A stretch of 64,000 nucleotides of DNA, taken from Eledone cirrhosa (lineage: Eukaryota). A program made the position numbers and the translations under genes. Position 1 is the first letter of the stretch. Every line of letters starts with the position of its first letter. Below the pieces are notes generated by a model. That model was given only the letters and a program-made list of their open reading frames with translations. It did no database searches and was not told the origin of the DNA. Location of the stretch: positions 114,762,001-114,826,000 of the forward strand of contig OZ024744.1 in NCBI GenBank assembly GCA_964016885.1. The letters are read 5' to 3'. Shown piece by piece: positions 32,797-47,564 of this stretch.

Positions 32797-35700
32797 GTGT
32801 TAAACAGTGTGTTACATTAGAAATATGGTAGTGAAAGTGTTAAACAGTGTCTTTTATTAGAAATATGGTAGTGAAAGTGTTAAACAGTGTCTTTTATTAG
32901 AAATATGGTAGTGAAAGTGTTAAACAGTGTCTTTTATTAGAAATATGGCAGTGAAAGTATTAAACAGTGTCTTGTATTAGAAATAAGGTAGTGAAAGTGT
33001 TAAACAGTGTCTTACATTAGAAATATGGTAGTGAAAGTGTTAAACAGTGTCTTTTATTAGAAATATGGTAGTGAAAGTGTTAAACAGTGTCTTTTATTAG
33101 AAATATGGTAGTGAAAGTGTTAAACAGTGTCTTTTATTAGAAATATGGTAGTGAAAGTGTTAAACAGTGTCTTTTATTAGAAATATGGTAGTGAATGTGT
33201 TAAACAGTGTCTTTTATTAGAAATATGGTAGTGAAAGTGTTAAACAGTGTCTTTTATTAGAAATATGGCAGTGAAAGTGTTAAACAGTGTCTTATATTAG
33301 AAATATAGTAGTGAAAGTGTTAAACAGTGTGTTACATTAGAAATATGGTAGTGAAAGTGTTAAACAGTGTCTTTTATTAGAAATATGGTAGTGAAAGTGT
33401 TAAACAGTGTCTTTTATTAGAAATATGGCAGTGAAAGTGTTAAACAGTGTCTTATATTAGAAATATAGTAGTGAAAGTGTTAAACAGAGTGTTACATTAG
33501 AAATATGGTAGTGAAAGTGTTAAACAGTGTCTTTTATTAGAAATATGGTAGTGAAAGTGTTAAACAGTGTCTTTTATTAGAAATATGGTAGTGAAAGTGT
33601 TAAACAGTGTCTTTTATTAGAAATATGGTAGTGAAAGTGTTAAACAGTGTCTTTTATTAGAAATATGGCAGTGAAAGTGTTAAACAGTGTCTTATATTAG
33701 AAATATAGTAGTGAAAGTGTTAAACAGTGTGTTACATTAGAAATATGGTAGTGAAAGTGTTAAACAGTGTCTTTTATTAGAAATATGGTAGTGAAAGTGT
33801 TAAACAGTGTCTTTTATTAGAAATATGGCAGTGAAAGTGTTAAACAGTGTCTTATATTAGAAATATAGTAGTGAAAGTGTTAAACAGAGTGTTACATTAG
33901 AAATATGGTAGTGAAAGTGTTAAACAGTGTCTTTTATTAGAAATATGGTAGTGAAAGTGTTAAACAGTGTCTTTTATTAGAAATATGGTAGTGAAAGTGT
34001 TAAACAGTGTCTTTTATTAGAAATATGGTAGTGAAAGTGTTAAACAGTGTCTTTTATTAGAAATATGGCAGTGAAAGTGTTAAACAGTGTCTTATATTAG
34101 AAATATAGTAGTGAAAGTGTTAAACAGTGTGGTACATTAGAAATATGGTAGTGAAAGTGTTAAACAGTGTCTTTTATTAGAAATAAGGTAGTGAAAGTGT
34201 TAAACAGTGTGTTACATTAGAAATATGGTAGTGAAAGTGTTAAACAGTGTCTTACATTAGAATATGGTAGTGAAAGTGTTAAACAGTGTCTTACATTAGA
34301 AATATGGTAGTGAAAGTGTTAAAAGTGTCTTTCATTAGAAATATGGTAGTGAAAGTGTTAAACAGTGTCTTACATTAGAAATATGGTAGTGAGAGTATTA
34401 AACAGTGTCTTACATTAGAAATATGGTAGTGAAAGTGTTAAACAGTGTCTTACATTAGAATATGGTAGTGAAAGTGTTAAACAGTGTCTTACATTAGAAA
34501 TATGGTAGTGAAAGTGTTAAACAGTGTCTTACATTAGAAATATGGTAGTGAAAGTGTTAAACAGTGTCTTTAATTAGAAATATGGTAGTGAAAGTGTTAC
34601 ACAGTGTATTTTATTAGAAATATGGGAGTGAAAGTGTTAAACAGTGTCTTGTATTAGAAATATGATAGTGAAAGTGTTAAACACTATCTTTTATTAGAAA
34701 TAAGGCAGTGAAAGTGTTAATCAGTGTCTTTTATCAGAGATATGGTTGTGAAAGTGTTAAACAGTGTCTTTTACTAGAGATATGGTAGTGAAAGTGTTAA
34801 ACAGTGTCTTACATTAGAAATATGGTAGTGAGAGTATTAAACAGTGTCTTTTACTAGAAATATGGTAGTGAAAGTGTTAAACAGTGTCTTTTATTAGAAA
34901 TATGGTAGTGAAAGTGTTAAACAGTGTCTTTTATTAGAAATATGGCAGTGAAAGTGTTAAACAGTGTCTTGTATTAGAAATATAGTAGTGAAAGTGTTAA
35001 ACAGTGTGTTACATTAGAAATATGGTAGTGAAAGTGTTAAACAGTGTCTTTTATTAGAAATAAGGTAGTGAAAGTGTTAAACAGTGTGTTATATTAGAAA
35101 TATGGTAGTGAAAGTGTTAAACAGTGTCTTTTATTAGAAATATGGTAGTGAAAGTGTTAAACAGTGTCTTTTATTAGAAATATGGCAGTGAAAGTGTTAA
35201 ACAGTGTCTTGTATTAGAAATAAGGTAGTGAAAGTGTTAAACAGTGTGTTACATTAGAAATATGGTAGTGAAAGTGTTAAACAGTGTCTTTTATTAGAAA
35301 TATGGTAGTGAAAGTGTTAAACAGTGTCTTGTATTAGAAATAAGGTAGTGAAAGTGTTAAACAGTGTGTTACATTAGAAATATGGTAGTGAAAGTGTTAA
35401 ACAGTGTCTTTTATTAGAAATATGGTAGTGAAAGTGTTAAACAGTGTCTTTTATTAGAAATATGGTAGTGAAAGTGTTAAACAGTGTCTTTTATTAGGAA
35501 TATGATCGTGAAAGTGTTAAACAGTGTCTTTCATTAGAAATATGGTCGTGAAACTGTTATACAGTGTCTTTCATTAAAAATATGGTAGTGAAAGTGTTAA
35601 ACAGTGTCTTTCATTAGAAATATGGTAGTGAAAGTGTTAAACAGTGTCTTTCATTAGAAATATGGTAGTGAAAATGTTAAACAGTGTCTATCATTAAAAA

Positions 35701-36135
35701 TATGGTAGTGAAAGTGTTAAACAGTGTCTTTCATTAGAAATATGGTAGTGAAAGTATTAAACAGTGTCATTCATTAGAAATATGGTAGTGAAAGTATTAA
35801 ACAGTGTCATTCATTAGAAATATGGTAGTGAAAGTATTAAACAGTGTCATTCATTAGAAATATGGTAGTGAAAGTGTTAAACATTGTCTTTTATTAGAAA
35901 TATAGTAGTGAAAATGTTAAACAGTGTCTTTCATTAGAACTATAGCAGTAAATGTGTTAAACAGTGTCTTACATTAGAAATATAGTAGTGAAAATGTTAA
36001 ACAGTGTCTTTCATTAGAAATATGGTAGTGAAAGTGTTAAACAGTGTCTTTAATTAGAAATATGGTAGTGAAAGTGTTACACAGTGTATTTTATTAGAAA
36101 TATGGTAGTGAAATTGTTAAACAGTGTCTTTCATT
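32797..36135. repeat. 40-bp satellite, about 83 copies (GTGTTAAACAGTGTCTTTTATTAGAAATATGGTAGTGAAA)
   Basis: Head-to-tail tandem units with no spacers. Confidence 0.98.
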
Positions 36136-37734
36136 TCTATGATTCCTGCAATGAAGTATATTGTGTAATTAGAGTTACATAACTGACAATACCTGAACTA
36201 ATGTATTTAGAATTAATGAGATTTGCTTCAGTTTATTGTAGCAGTGCCATAGTTAACACTTTTGAGTCGGGAGTGACCTGTATATACTAGCAGCGATATT
36301 TGATATAAAAATGACATTCGTACTTAAATGATCATTGTGGCCTAGTAGGAGAGCTATGATACCTTGTACAGACCTGTCAACTTACCCTGTCCAACAGGAA
36401 GATTTCCAATAACCTTTGGAATGGGTCAGAGACGTCTTCTCTTGCGAAAATCTCCCCGTTTTCCTCATTTCTGACCATTTTATTGCACTTTTTTCACTGT
36501 ACTCAGTTTTGGGTTTTAATAGTCGGCAGGGCTGAAGCTCCTGAGAATACAAGACTTCCCATGGATAGGACACCAGTCCATCTCAAGGTTAACCCCACCC
36601 TGCTATTGCTGGTACTCATTTTCAGCTGAGCAGCATGAAATGAAGTGTTTGCTCTAGAACGCAACAAACTGGTCAAGAAATCGAACCCACAAAATTATAA
36701 TTCCAAATCTATCGCACTTACCACTATAACATGGACCTCCACTTGTAATGAGCCAGAAATTATACCCCACTATATTGACTATTAGAAATACAGGTTACTA
36801 CGAACTATTTACAATTTTAAATAGGTTGTAGTAACCTAGATAAGTAACTTTTTTTTTACAAATTCCCTTAGTTGAATGGAAATAAGGTCACAAGAAAAAG
36901 TGGCATTTCATTTATTCTTACACCTCAAATAATTGTCACCCACCATTGCTTATTGGTTTTTTTAATCTTCCTGCCACCAATTAAAGTTTGCTAATCCATC
37001 TCCTGTGAAATGTTATTTTAAGTTGTAGCTTCCAGCAACAATTTTCTTTAGACATTAAAAAAAGTACATTACTAGAAATCCCATGTTTTATAAAATAAAT
37101 AGGATGGGTTGGGTGTCTCAGTTTTTTTTTTTTAAATCAAATAAAAATCCTAGAAAAATTACCGATTTTCCAGTACCCCCACCCCACCCCACCAAACCAC
37201 CCACATAATTTGGGACCTGAGAGTAAATACCATAATAAATAAGGAAAATAATTAAACGATATTTTAACTTCCATGATATTATTTAAAAACCCATCATAAA
37301 ACCCTCATCAAATTCCCTACAAGACCAAATTCACACAGTAAAACATATTATATTATTTAAAGTTGTTTTTTTTAAACATATAATCACCGTTAAAGTTATT
37401 AAAAACTATAATTTGATGTTTTATTGTCATTTTTATTTTCATCTCCTACTCCGGTTGTAGTAGCATAGTATTAATATACAGCTTTTCTTGGGCACTTTTT
37501 AAACCTGGCAGAGCCCAACCCTCTCCTGGCCTGTTTTATTATTTAGTGTTGCAATGTTACAATGTGAGGAATGAGTGTTGCTTGTGAGGGCGCTTGATTG
37601 TTCCAGAACCTCAGCCTCGCCATCACCTGGGCTAATGCTGTAGGTGGTCTTCAAAAATTATTACAGAGGTTTCCCAGTGCTCCTCATGATATTGTTATCT
37701 TTTGCATGGTTGTCCACACCTTTCGTCTGAATTT

Positions 37735-39250
37735 TGTTGTATGTGGTCCTAGATGTGTGTATTACCTGATTGTGTGTTGTATCTGGTCCTAGATGTATGT
37801 ATTACCTGCTTGTGTGTTGTATCTGGTCCTAGATGTATGTATTACCTGCTTGTATGTTGTATGTGGTCCTAGATGTGTGTATTACCAGCTTGTGTGTTGT
37901 ATGTGGTCCTAGATGTATGTATTACCTGCTGGTGTGTTGTATCTGGTCCTAGATGTATGTATTACCTGCTTCTGTGTTGTATGTGGTCCTAGACGTGTGT
38001 ATTACCTGCTTGTGTGTTGTATGTGGTAATAGATGTATGTATTACCTGCTTGTGTGATGTATGTGGTCCAAGATATGTGTCTTACCTGCTAGTGTGTTGT
38101 ATGTGGTCCAAGATGTGTGTATTACCAGCTTGTGTGTTGTATGTGGTCCTAGATGTGTGTATTACCAGCTTGTGTGTTGTATGTGGTCCTAGATGTATGT
38201 ATTACCTGCTTGTTAGTTGTATGTGGTCCTAGTTGTATGTATTACCTGCTTGTGTGTTGTATCTGGTCCTAGATGTGTATATTACCTGCTTGTGTGTGGT
38301 ATATGGTCCTAGATGTATGTATTACCTGCTTGTGTCTTGTATGTGGTCCTAGATGTGTGTATTACCTGCTGGTGTGTTGTATGTGGTCCTAGATATATGT
38401 ATTAGCTGCTTGTGTGTTGTATGTGGTCCTAAATGTATGTATTACCTGCTTGTGTGTTGTATGTGGTCCTAGATGTATGTATTACCTGCTTGTGTGTTGT
38501 ATGTGGTCCTAGATGTATGTATTACCTGCTTGTGTGTTGTATGTGGTCCTAGATGTATGTATTACCTGCTTGTGTGTTGTATGTGGTCCTAGATGTATGT
38601 ATTACCTGCTTGTGTGTTGTATGTGGCCCTGATGTATGTATTACCTGCAAGTGTGTTGTATGTGGTCCTAGTTGTATGTATTACCTGCTGGTGTGTTGTA
38701 TGTGGCCCTGGTGTATGTATTACCTGCAAGTGTGTTGTATGTGGTCCTAGATGTATGTATTACCTGCTTGTGTGTTGTATGTGGCCCTGATGTATGTATT
38801 ACCTGCAAGTGTGTTGTATGTGGTCCTAGTTGTATGTATTACCTGCTGGTGTGTTGTATGTGGCCCTGATGTATGTATTACCTGCAAGTGTGTTGTATGT
38901 GGTCCTAGATGTATGTATTACCTGCAAGTGTGTTGTATGTGGTCCTAGATGTATGTATTACCTGCTGGTGTGTTGTATGTGGTCCTAGATGTATGTATTA
39001 CCTGCTTGTGTGTTGTATGTGGCCCTGATGTATGTATTACCTGCTTGTATGTTGTATGTGGTCCTAGATGTATGTATTACCTGCTTGTGTATTGTATGTG
39101 GTCCTAGATATGTGTATTACCTGCTTGTGTGTTGTATGTGGTCCTAGATGTGTTTATTACCTGCTTGTGTGTTGTATGTGGCCCTGATGTATGTATTACC
39201 TGCTTGTGTGTTGTATGTGGTCCTAGATGTATGTATTACCTGCTTGTGTG
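37735..39250. repeat. 40-bp minisatellite, about 38 copies (TGTTGTATGTGGTCCTAGATGTATGTATTACCTGCTTGTG)
   Basis: Head-to-tail tandem units, some 39 bp. Confidence 0.98.
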
Positions 39251-39834
39251 ATTTTCTTTCTTTTTTCCTTTCCCTTTTCTCTCTTTTTCTTCTCTTTTAT
39301 TTGTAATATTATGTTGACGGTTATACCTTAATATTTTACATAGTAGTGTATGACTGGGAATTTATTAATTCTGGTCAAAATTTCTTTTTATATTGATCAC
39401 TTTTATTTAGACAACAACAGCAGCAACAACAACAACAACATGTCATTTTAGTGAAAGTCTTCTTTTTTGTGTTGTCTATATGTTGAAGGGGACAAACATA
39501 GACACACAGACAGATACATAGACACACTCACACAACCCCAGAAAAAACTCCTTAATTTTTTTTGTTCATTCACAAGTTAAGTTTTATTTTTTTATAGAGC
39601 GAAGAAGGGGGAAAATTGAGAGGTGGACTAGTACTTCCCTCCCTATATATAGAGAGCTGGACAAATAGACTGGCAGACAAGGCTCTTATTATACAATAGA
39701 TGTAGATTAGTAAAGCAATAAACACTCACTTGAGAGTGGGTGGTTCTCTGAACACCTGTTGTCCAGCTCTCCTGAGATTTTCTTATCACTAATATATATG
39801 ATATATTAGCATATATATATACTACACTGTATAT

Positions 39835-39888
<54 letters not shown>

Positions 39889-39899
39889 TACACTTAAGT

Positions 39900-40730
39900 T
39901 AAGGCCTCCTTCACTCAAGGCTGACCATGGGTAGTATCCTATTGTCAGCTCAGCTGGAGCAGTGTCTCGTGTAGTTAAACAGACCTATACATGAGTGACA
40001 GTCTCTGTCACATTGAACACATCTGTTTATGGTCTCTGGTCTGTTGGATCTATTGAACTCCTTTCACCGGCCTCTCCTGTCTGCTGCTGGAATCATAAAA
40101 CTGTCCTCTCTTGATTTGAGGCGTTGATTAAGGGTGTTCCTCCATCTTGGTCAGTTAGCTGTGAGGCCCTCCCAGGACTCTGTGTTGATCCCAATGGCCT
40201 TCATATCTCTCTTCACAATGTTCTTGCATCACAACCGAGGTTGACTGGTGGCTCTCTTTCCAGAGGTCAGGTCCCCATATAAGGTGTCTTTTGGGATGCA
40301 GCCATCATTCATGTGGAGGACGAGTCCTAGCCAGCGTAGTTTGTGCTGTCGGAGCAGGGTAAACATGCTGGGAAGGACAGCATGAATAAGGACCTCGACG
40401 TTGGGCACTCTGTCCTACCAGGATATACCTAGGATATGGCACAAGTTTCTCAGATGGAAGGTGTTGAGTCACCTCTCCTGTCTAGCATATGGTGACCGTG
40501 TCTCACTGCCATACAGCAGTGTGCCAATGACACAGGCATTGTACACAGCCATCTTGGTCTTTACCACCAGCTTGGGGTTTGTCCACACTCGGGTTGTCAG
40601 GCAAGCAAATGTGGCTGCCTTCACAATCCTCCTGTCAATCTCTGTGTTCAGGGAGAGATTGTCGGTGATGGTGGAACCTAGGTAGGTGAACTGATGGACA
40701 CGTCAAACTCACAGTCATTGATTTTGATAT
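39900..40730 (-). mobile_element. RTE (BovB-like) LINE 3' fragment, decayed
   Basis: Minus strand FTYLGSTITDNLSL, TKMAVYNACVIGTLLYGSE, LRWLG, PKDTLYGDL. Confidence 0.85.
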
Positions 40731-42758
40731 ATATATTCTACACTATATATATTCTACACTATATATATTCTACACTATACTACTCTATATATATTCTACA
40801 CTACACTATATATATTCTACACTATACAACACTATATATATATTCTACACTATACATATTCTACACTATACATATTCTACACTATACATATTCTACACTA
40901 TACTACACTATATATATTCTACACTATATATATTCTACACTATATATATTCTACACTATATATATATTCTACACTATACTACACTATACATATTCTACAC
41001 TATACTACACTATATATATTCTACACTATACATATTCTACACTATACTACACTATATATATTCTACACTATATATATTCTACAGTATATATATATTCTAC
41101 ACTATACTACATTATATATATATTCTACACTATACTACACTATATATATTCTACACTATACTACACTATATATATTCTACACTATACTACTCTATATATA
41201 TTCTACACTATACTACTCTATATATATTCTACACAATACATATTCTACACTATATATATTCTACACTATACATATTCTACACTATACTACACTATATATA
41301 TTCTACACTATACTACACTATATATATTCTACACTATACTGCACTATATATATTCTACACTATACTACACTATATATATTCTACACTATACTACACTATA
41401 TATATTCTACACTATACTGCACTATATATATTCTACACTATACTACACTATATATATTCTACACTATACTACACTATATATATTCTACACTATACTACAC
41501 TATATATATTCTACACTATACTGCACTATATATATTCTACACTATACTACACTATATATATTCTACACTATATATATATTCTACACTATATATATTCTAC
41601 ACTATACTACACTATATATATATTCTACACTATATATATTCTACACTATATATATATTCTACACTATACTACACTATATATATTCTACACTATATATATA
41701 TTCTACACTATATATATATTCTACACTATACTACATTATATATATATTCTACACTATACTACACTACATATATTCTACACTATATATATATTCTACACTA
41801 TATATATTCTACACTATACTACACTATATATATTCTACACTATATATATATTCTACACTATATATATTCTACACTATACTACACTATATATATATTCTAC
41901 ACTATATATATTCTACACTATACTACACTACATATAGTCTACACTATATATATATTCTACACTATATATATTCTACACTATACTACACTATATATATATT
42001 CTACACTATACTACACTATATATATTCTACACTATATATATATATTCTACACTATATATATATTCTACACTATATATATATTCTACACTATATATATATT
42101 CTACACTATACTACATTATATATATATTCTACACTATACTACACTACATATATTCTACACTATATATATATTCTACACTATATATATATTCTACACTATA
42201 CTACACTATATATATTCTACACTATATATATTCTACACTATACTACACTATATATATATTCTACACTATATATATTCTACACTATATATATATTCTACAC
42301 TATACTACACTATATATATTCTACACTATATATATATTCTACACTATACTACACTAAATATATATTCTACACCATGCTACACTATATATATTCTACACTA
42401 TATATATATTCTACACTATATATATATTCTACACTATACTACACTATATATATTCTACACTATACTACACTATATATATTCTACACTATACTACACTATA
42501 TATATTCTACACTATACTACAGTATATATATATTCTACACTATTCTACAATATATATATAGTCTACACTATATATATTCTACACTATACTACACTATATA
42601 TATTCTACACTATACTACAGTATATATATATATTCTATACTATATACTACAGTATATATATATTCTACACTATATACTACACTTTATATATATATATACT
42701 ACACTATATATATTCTACACTATATATTACAGTATATATATTCTACACCATACTACAT
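40731..42758. repeat. Compound (TATATTCTACAC / TATACTACAC)n minisatellite
   Basis: Tandem 10-18 bp units; resumes at about 44416-44498. Confidence 0.96.
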
Positions 42759-42759
42759 T

Positions 42760-44415
42760 TACATCTGCAATGTTGCAACGTCACCTTAAAAATAAACGCA
42801 ACCATACCTCTCTTGGTCTTGATGGTGTTACGTACCTGCTTCTCAAACATGGTGGGTACTTCCTTCTGCACCAGCTATCACGCTTCTTCCAATTCTGTTT
42901 GAACAACAGTGCTACTCCAGAACAGTGGAAAACTGTCAGTGTCATTCCTTTGTTCAAAAGGGTGACCACACATCACCTGTGAACTATCGTCCAGTCAGTC
43001 TTATTAGCTGCATTGCCAAACTGATGGAATCCTGTGTCAGAGAAACAGTTTGGAACTTCTGGAACTCTCACAGTCTTATCTGGCGCTTGCAATTTGGATT
43101 TATCCCTAACTCCGGTTGCTGTCATCAACTTATCGAGTTTCTTGAAGAAATCACCCGGATCACTGATGGCGGCTCATGGGTGGATGTTGTTTACCTTGAC
43201 TTTGCTAAAGCTTTCAAATCTGTGCCACACAAAAGACTTATGGCAAAACTCTCTGCAATGGGTGTGAAGGATGATCTTTTTAACTGGTTGAAGTCCTTCA
43301 TTCTCAGTCGAAGAGAGGTAGTCACGATTCTAGGACAGCATTCCTCACCATATGAGATGTCATCTGGTGTACCACAGGGATCAGTTCTTGGCCCCCTTTT
43401 GTTTGTGGCATATATTAATGACATAGATACCAACTTAAAGAATGCCACAATACTGAAATATGCAGCTGTACCTTGAGATAAAAAGGACAGATTCTGAACA
43501 CTATAGATCTTGCCTGCAATCAGACCCGGACACAATGCAGCAATGGATCACGGACTGGCAACTCAAGCTGGCTGTGGACAAGTGTACCACCATGCATTTT
43601 GGGAGTAAAAACCCAACATCCACATACTCCCTCCACAACACTGATATCAAGAAGTCCTCTTATGAACGTGACCTGGGCATTACTGTCAGCAGCGATTTGC
43701 GTTGGACGAAGCACGTCTCTAAAATTGTCCAGAAGGCCGAGGGTGTCTTGGCATCACTCAGCAAGTCCTTTGTTAGTCGCTCTCCAGCAATCTATTTTAA
43801 GCTGTATATAGCTATGGTGCGGCCACACTTAGAATTTGCATCACCAATCTGGAACCCCTATCTTGCTCAGAACATTGACCTCCTGGAAATTGTTCAGAGA
43901 CGTGCAACCAAGCGAATACCCTCCATCAGACATCTACCATATTCTGAACGCCTTGCTATCCTGGGCATGGATACATTGAAGCTCCGACGTCTGGCATGTG
44001 ACTTGGTAAACACCCACAAAGTTATTAACCATCTCGCCAACAACAACCCTGAGTACCTTTTTGATTTCCATGTGTCTAACACACGTGGACATGCCCACAA
44101 AGTCAGAAAACAGCACAGCTCCCATGACTTTTGGAAACATTTTTTCACACTCAGAGTTGCTGAAGCATGGAACAAACTACCTGCATCAATTGTTAGCTGT
44201 TGAGACACTGCAACCTTTAAAACCTCCATGCTTCCTGAGATTCGCCAACACTACACCTAATATTCCCCCTCCATGCACACGCACACATGTATTTCATGAC
44301 TCATACACTATTCATTTCCCTGACATTTGTATATTATTATATGTACTATACATGCACCTTTGATGAGTTGTAGTGCACCTGAGCACTGTACACAATAATT
44401 TCATTATTATTATTA
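42760..44415 (+). mobile_element. 5'-truncated CR1-clade LINE, RT pseudogene
   Basis: NYRPVSLIS, YLDFAKAF, SGVPQGSVLGPLLF, RPHLEFA..WNP, NTRGH; catalytic DD lost at a frameshift; (TAT)n tail. Confidence 0.92.
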
Positions 44416-45174
44416 CTATACATATTCTACACTATACTACACTGTATATATATTCTACACAATACTACAGTATATATATATTCTACACTATATATATAAA
44501 ATCTGTCCAACAATTCTTTCCTGAGACATTCTAACCACATGCCTATAGTATCAAAGCTGCTTTTGATAATTTGGAGAAGCTGCAGCTCTATCAGGAGTGA
44601 CTCTCTGATCTCCGAGCTACGCACTCTATTGAGTAATGTTACTCCAAAAACGCTTCAGAGGAATGCCATTTCAGCCACTTGCATTCTCAACTGTATTCTT
44701 TCAGTCTTTACCAAGATTCATGACCCTAGGTAAGGGTTGGCAAAAATACCAAATTGAAGACAGCGAGTTTGGCTTTTACATCTATCTCCCTTCTGATTAC
44801 TGAATGTTAAACCATGCACATAACTAGCAGCTCCTGCAATTCTTGCACTTAATTCAGCCTCCTGCCTTCCATCACTCGTGAACACGGCCCCGAGATACTT
44901 GAACTTCTCTACCTGCTTCAGTGGAACTCCATTCACATGTAGAGTCACTGCACAGGCTTCCTTGAGAGGACGAGTGTCTCAGTTTTCGCAGCACTGATTT
45001 TCATTCCAGTCATGTAGCACTCATCATCACATCTATCTGATGTAAGCTGGAGATCACTTTCTGAAGAGTTAAGTAACACCATGCTGTCTTCAAATTCCAA
45101 CTGACTGATTTTACACCCACCAGTCGTGATACCACTTCCAACCCAGCTGTCCATGGAAATCATGTTCATGTAAA

Positions 45175-45634
45175 TAATTGTTTCTACTTTAGGCACAAGG
45201 CCAGCAGTTACCAGTACATTACTGGTACTTTATTTATATAATAATTGTTTCTACTTTAGGCACAAGGCCAGCAGTTACCCAGTACATTACTGGTACTTTA
45301 TTTATATAATAATTGTTTCTACTTTAGGCACAAGGCCAGCAGTTACCCAGTACATTACTGGTACTTTATTTATATAATAATTGTTTCTACTTTAGGCACA
45401 AGGCCAGCAGTTACCCAGTACATTACTGGTACTTTATTTATATAATAATTGTTTCTACTTTAGGCACAAGGCCAGCAATTACCCAGTGCATTACTGGTAC
45501 TTTATTTTATCGACCCCGTAAGGATGAAAGGCAAAGTCAACCTCGGCAGGATTTGAACTCAGATCGTAAAGGGACGTAACTATGTGGAAAGCATAGCGTC
45601 CGACCCTCTACCGATACTGCCAATCCACCGCCCT
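45175..45634 (-). mobile_element. Second-family SINE with its ~68-bp 3' end repeated five times
   Basis: Reverse complement of 19659-19838; tandem ataattgtttctactttaggcacaaggccagc units. Confidence 0.85.
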
Positions 45635-45636
45635 TA

Positions 45637-45978
45637 TCATCATCATCATCATTTCATTTTACGTCCGCTTTTCCCTGCTTGCAAGGGTGGGACGGGAACT
45701 GATTCTGGCTTGATTTCTACAGCTGGATGCCCTTCCTAACACCAACCTCATTTACAGTGAGTGCTGGGTGCTTTTTTGCCGTGGCACCTCCACGACCACT
45801 TTACAGTGGAATGATAGGGAGCCCAGTCCCTATCATCTCATTTCTACAGCTGAGTAAACTGGAGCAATGTGAAATAAAGTGTCTTGCTCAAGGAAACAAC
45901 ACATCACCCGGTCTGAGAATTGAACTCACAACCTTTCGATTGCAAGGCCAATGCTCTAACCACTAAGCCATGTGCCTT
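45637..45978 (-). mobile_element. Full-length CORE-like tRNA SINE with RTE-type tail
   Basis: Reverse complement of 4937-5078 plus 5351-5650. Confidence 0.85.
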
Positions 45979-46125
45979 ATGTTCATGTAAATAATTAACA
46001 GAAGACATTACACACACCTGGTGAGTCCAACACCCACATTGAATGTTTTCAATTTAGCACCATTTATCCAAACACAAATATTTGTATTTGTATAGAGACA
46101 AGATGCTGACCATCAATCCCAAACT

Positions 46126-46157
46126 CCCTAATCCTAACCTAACCCTAACCCTAACCT
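46126..46157. repeat. Short interstitial (CCCTAA)n telomere-type repeat
   Basis: ccctaatcctaacctaaccctaaccctaacc. Confidence 0.6.
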
Positions 46158-46599
46158 TCCACAGCAGTTCTCATCGAATGCAGTTATATGCCTTTTCAAA
46201 GTCTTCAAAGCAAGAATATACCACTTGGCAATATTCCCACCATTTCTGAAAGACTGGCTGCAGTTTGAATATTTAGTTGGCTGTGCTCCGTCGGGTGAAA
46301 CCAAAATGTTCATCAGCTAGCTCGGACTCAACAATCTCCCTACATCTCTTTGCCAGACACTTAGCATATATACTTTACTGGGAGGTTTAATAGGGAGATC
46401 CCTCTGTAACTAGAATAATCTCTCTTGTCTCCCTTTTTGAAAATTGGGATTATCATACCCAAATGAACATTGCTTAGGTTCCTTTCCAGATATCCAGGTC
46501 ACCCAGTACACATGAATCAGCCAGAGAATATCTTCTTTATTTAAGGCTTTTAACATCTTGGGCCAGATTTCATCTTCCCCAGGAGCCTTGCCACATAAA

Positions 46600-47220
46600 T
46601 GACAAAACATCAATAAACTGAGAGAGAAATTAAACAGAGGGATCAGGTGCAGTTTGTAGGAGAGGAGAATGAGGTGGTATAGACATGTGATGTGTATGGG
46701 GGATGACAGCTGTATAAAAAGGAGCAGGGCACTCAAAGTTGATGGAAATTATAGAACAGGAAGACCTAGGAAAGCTTGAGATGAAGTGATAAAATCTGAC
46801 CTTGTCCAATTAAACCTCACAAAGGAGATGGCACAGGATCGAGAGCTCTAGTGTCATGCTGTACTACAGAAGACCCACCTTCCCATGTACATGAGATGAA
46901 GCTAACATCTAGAGAACACTAGTATGCACCTTCCACATCTTAACACTTACCCCTCCCTCCTCACCAGCTAAGTACCCTACCTTAGACATACCTCACTCCT
47001 CTTTCCAATTCCCATCCTGCATACATGTTCCATACCCTCCACCCAGTCTACATATTGTCATGTTGGTGGCACAACGCAGTCCACACTGCAACGTTGTTGG
47101 CAGTAGTAAGGGCTTCTAGCTAAAGAAAGCAAGGTAAAATATGGATATGTATAAGCAAGATAGGGTCAGACAACTCGTCTAACCCATACAAGTGTGGAAG
47201 AGTAGATGATCAATGATAAT
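46600..47220 (+). mobile_element. Diverged RTE 3' fragment
   Basis: Parallels 26360-27030 (gggatcaggtg...agacctaggaaa...gaagaccc). Confidence 0.8.
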
Positions 47221-47270
47221 CATATATATAGGGGTGTATAGACGCACACTCACACACACACACACACACA

Positions 47271-47339
<69 letters not shown>

Positions 47340-47348
<9 letters not shown>

Positions 47349-47564
47349 TAAAAAAATAATGAATAAAACAATGAAACAGTTCCTTATATTAAACAAAAAA
47401 AGTTCATTATTTAACGATCGTTTCTAGGATATATATGTGTTAGAATTGGCATGCATATTCAACAGATCTATGTACAAAATTATACAAAATTATACAAACT
47501 ATCAAAATTAAATATACATACCAACACATATATATGCCGTCTTCAGAAATAATTATTTCTGAAG

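Larger units (their letters stand above)
44500..46590 (-). mobile_element. Decayed RTE-like LINE interrupted by SINEs
   Basis: GKAPGEDEI.PKMLK, GMKISAAKTETL, LKQVEKFKYLG. Confidence 0.8.

Noticed and set aside
37440-37730. GC-richer stretch as an exon
   Set aside because: Stops in all three minus frames and no recognisable protein on either strand.
32797-39250. 40-bp arrays as CRISPR
   Set aside because: No unique spacers, no cas genes, eukaryotic context.
39600-39790. Solo LTR (TATA-like tract plus AATAAA)
   Set aside because: No clear TG...CA ends or TSD.
40694-42982. 762-aa ORF
   Set aside because: Minisatellite translation running into a CR1 fragment.
46126-46157. True telomere or telomere-targeted element
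   Set aside because: Only about five imperfect units inside a decayed LINE.
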